Source of the DNA: a bacterium | GTDB lineage: Bacteria; Zhuqueibacterota; Zhuqueibacteria; Zhuqueibacterales; Zhuqueibacteraceae | NCBI GenBank assembly: GCA_044869275.1 | Contig: JBIOXB010000111.1 | Span: 1-12,563, forward strand | Direction: 5' to 3' | DNA length: 12,563 nt | Part shown: piece after piece, positions 9,678 to 12,563 of the stretch | Numbering within the stretch: the first letter of the stretch is position 1 | How the letters are laid out: every line of letters begins with the position of its first letter | Notes under the pieces: generated by a model | Told to the model about the DNA's origin: nothing | Seen by the model: only the letters and a program-made list of their open reading frames with translations | The model's database searches: none | Made by a program: the position numbers and the translations under genes

Positions 9678-9980
9678 CTCTCCTCCTTGTCACGTTTTGA
9701 GGCCGGAATTGAACCGACCACCCGCACCCGCTCTCGGGAAGGCACCAGGAGAATCCGGGTTAAGCGACATTTGCAGTTTCTCCTCAGCTCATCAAAGTTG
9801 GAATAAATCTGAAAGTTTTTCTGATCAACTGATTGAGAGCAACAGGTAATTTGGCTATGCTGCGTGGGTCCTATGCTTCATTGAAGGATATTTGTGCCAT
9901 TGCTGCTGCCCTCTTGCTTCGGCCCTCAGCTCGTCCAAAAATCCAAGCTCGTCAGCTGCAAGTGCACTCTGCGCAAATAG

Positions 9981-10052
9981 CAAAAGCTTTCTCCCACGGA
10001 AATGGAACTGCCACGAAAAAAGCTTTTCATTTCCGTGGGAGTTCTGCTTTTG
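9981..10052. repeat. Long inverted repeat (REP-like or leader hairpin)
   Basis: Perfect 14-bp arms CTCCCACGGAAATG (9991-10004) and CATTTCCGTGGGAG (10028-10041). Outer arms CAAAAGC (9981-9987) and GCTTTTG (10046-10052). Confidence 0.8.
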
Positions 10053-10119
10053 TGGGAGACCAATTCTTTGGTTCCGGCTAGTCCTGGTTATGAAGATGCG
10101 TATTCAAGTTGTCCTGCTC

Positions 10120-10148
10120 TTGACAAATTTCCAGTAACTAGCTATATT
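10120..10148 (+). promoter_or_regulatory. Sigma70-type promoter of the ABATE/CGNR regulator
   Basis: TTGACA (10120-10125) - 17 nt - TATATT (10143-10148). Confidence 0.75.
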
Positions 10149-10211
10149 CCTATTGTCGGTTACAAACATAGGAAATTTTTTGTAACCTGTCAAGTTGATT
10201 TTATAGGTTAC
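10134..10211. promoter_or_regulatory. Two tandem palindromic operator candidates GTAAC-N20-GTTAC (10134-10163 and 10182-10211)
   Basis: Half-sites GTAAC at 10134 and 10182, GTTAC at 10159 and 10207, with identical 20-nt spacing. The second site extends to GTAACCT-N16-AGGTTAC. Confidence 0.65.
10165..10193 (-). promoter_or_regulatory. Sigma70-type promoter facing the DUF5916-ABM genes
   Basis: Minus strand: TTGACA (10193-10188) - 17 nt - TATGTT (10170-10165). Confidence 0.65.
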
Positions 10212-10226
10212 CAATCTGGAGCGATG

Positions 10227-10892
10227 ATGCAGCTAAATGAAAGGCCAGCCGCAACGGTGAAGCTGGTGGGCGGGCGGCTCTGTCTGGATTTTGTCAACTC
10301 GGTTGGCGGCCGCCGCCCGGCTTTGCCGTCTAAAAAAGGCGGTGATGAAGCTGGGGTGGTAAGGGAGGACAAGCTCAACGACTATTGCGATCTGCTGGCG
10401 TGGAGTCAGCACACGGACCTGCTGACGGAAACGGAAGCTCAGAAACTGCTGCGCGCGAGCCAGCGGCACCAGGAGGAAGCGATATTGGTGTTCGCCCGAG
10501 CCATGGCGTTGCGCGAGGCAATCTATCGCATTTGCAGGGCAGTATTGAACAGAACGCAGCCGCACCAGTCTGATCTCGAGGTGTTGAATCAAGAGCTAAC
10601 CATTGCACACAGTCGTGTCAGATTGGCCGCGGCAGCGGAAAATTTTGTCTGGCAGTGGTCAAACACCAGGAACGCGCTGGATCGCATGCTCTGGCAAATA
10701 GCAGACTCCGCCGCAGAGTGGCTCACCACCGGCGATCGGACGCGCCTGCGCGAATGCGGCGGCGAGGACTGCGGCTGGCTGTTTGAAGACACCAGCAAAA
10801 ACCGCAGCCGCCAGTGGTGTGACATGCGGGATTGCGGCAATTTGGCCAAGGTGCGCCGCTTCCGTACGCGTTTGAATGCGACTGCCAGGTAA
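10227..10892 (+). CDS. ABATE domain / CGNR zinc-finger putative transcription regulator (221 aa)
   Basis: GGAG RBS 5 nt before ATG at 10227 (alternative ATG at 10224). N-terminal GGRLCLDFVNS, DLLAW and LREAI motifs. C-terminal RLRECGGEDCGWLFEDTSKNRSRQWCDMRDCGNLAKVRRFR zinc finger. Confidence 0.92.
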   Translation: MQLNERPAATVKLVGGRLCLDFVNSVGGRRPALPSKKGGDEAGVVREDKLNDYCDLLAWSQHTDLLTETEAQKLLRASQRHQEEAILVFARAMALREAIYRICRAVLNRTQPHQSDLEVLNQELTIAHSRVRLAAAAENFVWQWSNTRNALDRMLWQIADSAAEWLTTGDRTRLRECGGEDCGWLFEDTSKNRSRQWCDMRDCGNLAKVRRFRTRLNATAR

Positions 10893-11064
10893 GGCGTGGA
10901 AATGAATTTCATTTCAGCTGACCCTGCAATGGTGAAACCTCGGATGCGTTAATCCGGTATAAGAGTATCTACAATGGCGTTCGTTCCGGTGATGGTTGAC
11001 ACCTGTCTGGACCGGCCGCTCATTGCCAAAATCAGGAAAGCAGGTAAAACCCTTGCAGGTGTAA

Positions 11065-11976
11065 ATGTCGTGCCCCACTGAAAACCCGCTCACATTTCGC
11101 GTGCTTTACGACAGTCCCATCCTCAGCGTGCGCGACTACTGTTGCCGCACCGGTCGCGGCGGACCCGCGGCCGAGGAGCATTCCGGCCGCAACAACATCG
11201 TGCTCATGCGCCATGGCGCCTTCTGCAAACACTTCGGCCGGCGGCATGTGGCCGCCGACGTCAATCAAGCGGTGTTTTTCTCCAAGGGATCGACCTATCG
11301 CGTCAGTCATCCGGCCGACTGCGGTGACCGCGGCACCGTTTTCGCTTCCTCGCCGGACGTGCTCAACGACATCGTCCGCGGGCTCGATACCTCCATTGAT
11401 GATCATCCCGAACGGCCGTTTCCCTTCGTCACCGGTCCCTGTGATTCAAACTTATTCTGGCGGCACCATGCATTCGTGCGGCGGCTGGAGGCCGGCAAAT
11501 GCGAACCGCTGTGGGTCGAGGCGACGGCGCTGCAACTCATGGCCAGCGTGCTGGAAGCCGCGTTCCTGCGACACGGCCTGCCGCGCCAGCGCCGCCGAAA
11601 CGGCACGGATGCTGATCACGCCGAGCGCGCCGAAACGGCCAAAATCTACCTCGCGAGCCGGCTGGGTGAACGCCTCACGCTCCATGACGTTGCCCGCGCA
11701 GTGTACGCCTCGCCCTTTCATCTCGCCCGCGTTTTTCAGCAGCGCACCGGCGTGTCGCTTCACCGCTATCTGACGCGCCTGCGCCTCCGCGCTTCGCTCG
11801 AAAGGCTGGCGGGCGGCGCGAACAATCTCACCGCGCTCGCCCTCGAACTCGGGTTCTCCAGCCACAGCCACTTCGCCGACGCCTTCCACCGCGAGTTCGG
11901 CCGCACGCCCTCCGACGTGCGCCGCGGCGCCGGCCGGCGAACGCTTCGCGAAATGAGCAAGAATTTGACAGTCTGA
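11065..11976 (+). CDS. AraC/XylS-family transcriptional regulator (303 aa)
   Basis: C-terminal double HTH: LTLHDVARAVYASPFHLARVFQQRTG...LRLRASLERL...LTALALELGFSSHSHFADAFHREFGRTPS. Confidence 0.93.
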   Translation: MSCPTENPLTFRVLYDSPILSVRDYCCRTGRGGPAAEEHSGRNNIVLMRHGAFCKHFGRRHVAADVNQAVFFSKGSTYRVSHPADCGDRGTVFASSPDVLNDIVRGLDTSIDDHPERPFPFVTGPCDSNLFWRHHAFVRRLEAGKCEPLWVEATALQLMASVLEAAFLRHGLPRQRRRNGTDADHAERAETAKIYLASRLGERLTLHDVARAVYASPFHLARVFQQRTGVSLHRYLTRLRLRASLERLAGGANNLTALALELGFSSHSHFADAFHREFGRTPSDVRRGAGRRTLREMSKNLTV

Positions 11977-12075
11977 TTTTTTCCGCCTGGCTATATTGTC
12001 TTCATGAAAATCGGCCGCGAAGGTCGCGGGCGACTGTTGTAGTGGCTGCAATTTCAAAGCAAGGAGTAACCTCTC

Positions 12076-12228
12076 ATGGAGACGAAAAAATGCCCGGTGT
12101 GCGACTGGGAAATCAAGGATGAGGGCGTCAAGGTGCAGGCCGGCGGCAAGGAGATGACCGTCTGCTGCGACGACTGCGCGAACAAGGTGAAAGAAAGCCC
12201 GGCGAAATACACCCGCGCCACCAAGTAG
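12076..12228 (+). CDS. Small (50 aa) TRASH/YHS-like Cys-rich metal-binding protein
   Basis: AAGGAG RBS at 12061-12066. Translation METKKCPVCDWEIKDEGVKVQAGGKEMTVCCDDCANKVKESPAKYTRATK, with a CPVC...GK...CCxxC...P.KY pattern. Shorter than any ORF listed in the track. Confidence 0.85.
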   Translation: METKKCPVCDWEIKDEGVKVQAGGKEMTVCCDDCANKVKESPAKYTRATK

Positions 12229-12240
12229 CTCTCGATCCCC

Positions 12241-12284
12241 CGAGCCGCGTCCGCCGGCAACACCGTCGCCGGACGCGGTCCTCG
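12241..12284 (+). terminator. GC-rich hairpin after the small Cys protein (terminator or mRNA stabiliser)
   Basis: Perfect 9-bp stem CCGCGTCCG (12245-12253) / CGGACGCGG (12270-12278), extended by CGAG/CTCG. No U-tract. Confidence 0.45.
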
Positions 12285-12322
12285 AGCCAGTATTGGCACG
12301 AGAAACGAGCAGGAGAATATCA

Positions 12323-12563
12323 TTGCTGAATTTCGACGCTTTTGAAGTTCTGACCTTTGATTGCTATGGCACTTTGATTGATTGGGAAACCGGTATCCGT
12401 GAGGCCTTGCGTCCGGTCTTTGCCAATCATCACATTGACATTGCAGATGAGAGGATGCTCGAGTTGTACGGCGAGCTGGAGTCCGAGGCCGAACGTGGAG
12501 AGTATCGTGAATACAAGACGGTGTTGAGAATGGTGCTGGAGAGGTTAGGCGCGAGATTGGGAT
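12323..12563 (+). CDS. Haloacid dehalogenase type II-like HAD hydrolase, 3'-truncated by the window edge
   Basis: AGGAG RBS at 12311-12315, then a TTG start: MLNFDAFEVLTFDCYGTLIDWETGIREALRP... HAD motif I variant FDCYGTLIDWE. The frame stays open to the window end. Confidence 0.88.
   Translation, partial: MLNFDAFEVLTFDCYGTLIDWETGIREALRPVFANHHIDIADERMLELYGELESEAERGEYREYKTVLRMVLERLGARLG

Noticed and set aside
9701..9719. tRNA-like GGTTCAATTCC T-arm on the minus strand
   Set aside because: No matching acceptor stem, D-arm, anticodon arm or CCA end at the right distances, so it is not called as a tRNA.
9782..9953. Short direct repeats CCTCAGCTC(A/G)TC (9782, 9924) and AGCTCGTC (9946) as a possible CRISPR or iteron array
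   Set aside because: Too short, too few and irregularly spaced; no cas or rep genes nearby.
9926..10030. 34-aa minus-strand ORF MKSFFRGSS... in the leader
   Set aside because: No RBS, it starts inside the hairpin arm, and it has no recognisable features.
10002..10226. 75-aa N-terminal extension of the ABATE ORF
   Set aside because: It runs through the hairpin, promoters and operators. Family similarity begins only after 10227, which has its own GGAG RBS.
12054..12323. 89-aa minus-strand ORF
   Set aside because: Antisense to the 50-aa Cys protein, which has a strong RBS and a recognisable motif.

Overview
Bacterial chromosomal window. The PNPFNP/FlgD-Ig (T9SS type A-like) C-terminal domain suggests an FCB-group lineage such as KSB1 or Calditrichota (inference). 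Left to right: (1) the 5'-truncated end of a large secreted modular protein with a duplicated beta-propeller-like domain, three ~133-aa beta-sandwich repeats and a C-terminal sorting domain; (2) a convergent, highly structured intergenic spacer; (3) a minus-strand sdhCAB operon (succinate dehydrogenase/fumarate reductase with a single di-haem b558-type anchor); (4) a tandem double ABM-domain protein and a CBM9-like/DUF5916 outer-membrane protein, also on the minus strand; (5) a ~550-nt control region with face-to-face sigma70 promoters, two GTAAC-N20-GTTAC palindromes and a long hairpin; (6) a divergent ABATE/CGNR zinc-finger regulator; (7) a Cys/His-rich AraC regulator, then a 50-aa TRASH/YHS-like Cys protein and the 5' end of a type II haloacid-dehalogenase-like HAD gene, both absent from the ORF track. 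No CRISPR array, rRNA, complete tRNA or transposase was seen. The best candidates for undescribed biology are the ABATE operator/promoter switch and the AraC-miniTRASH module.
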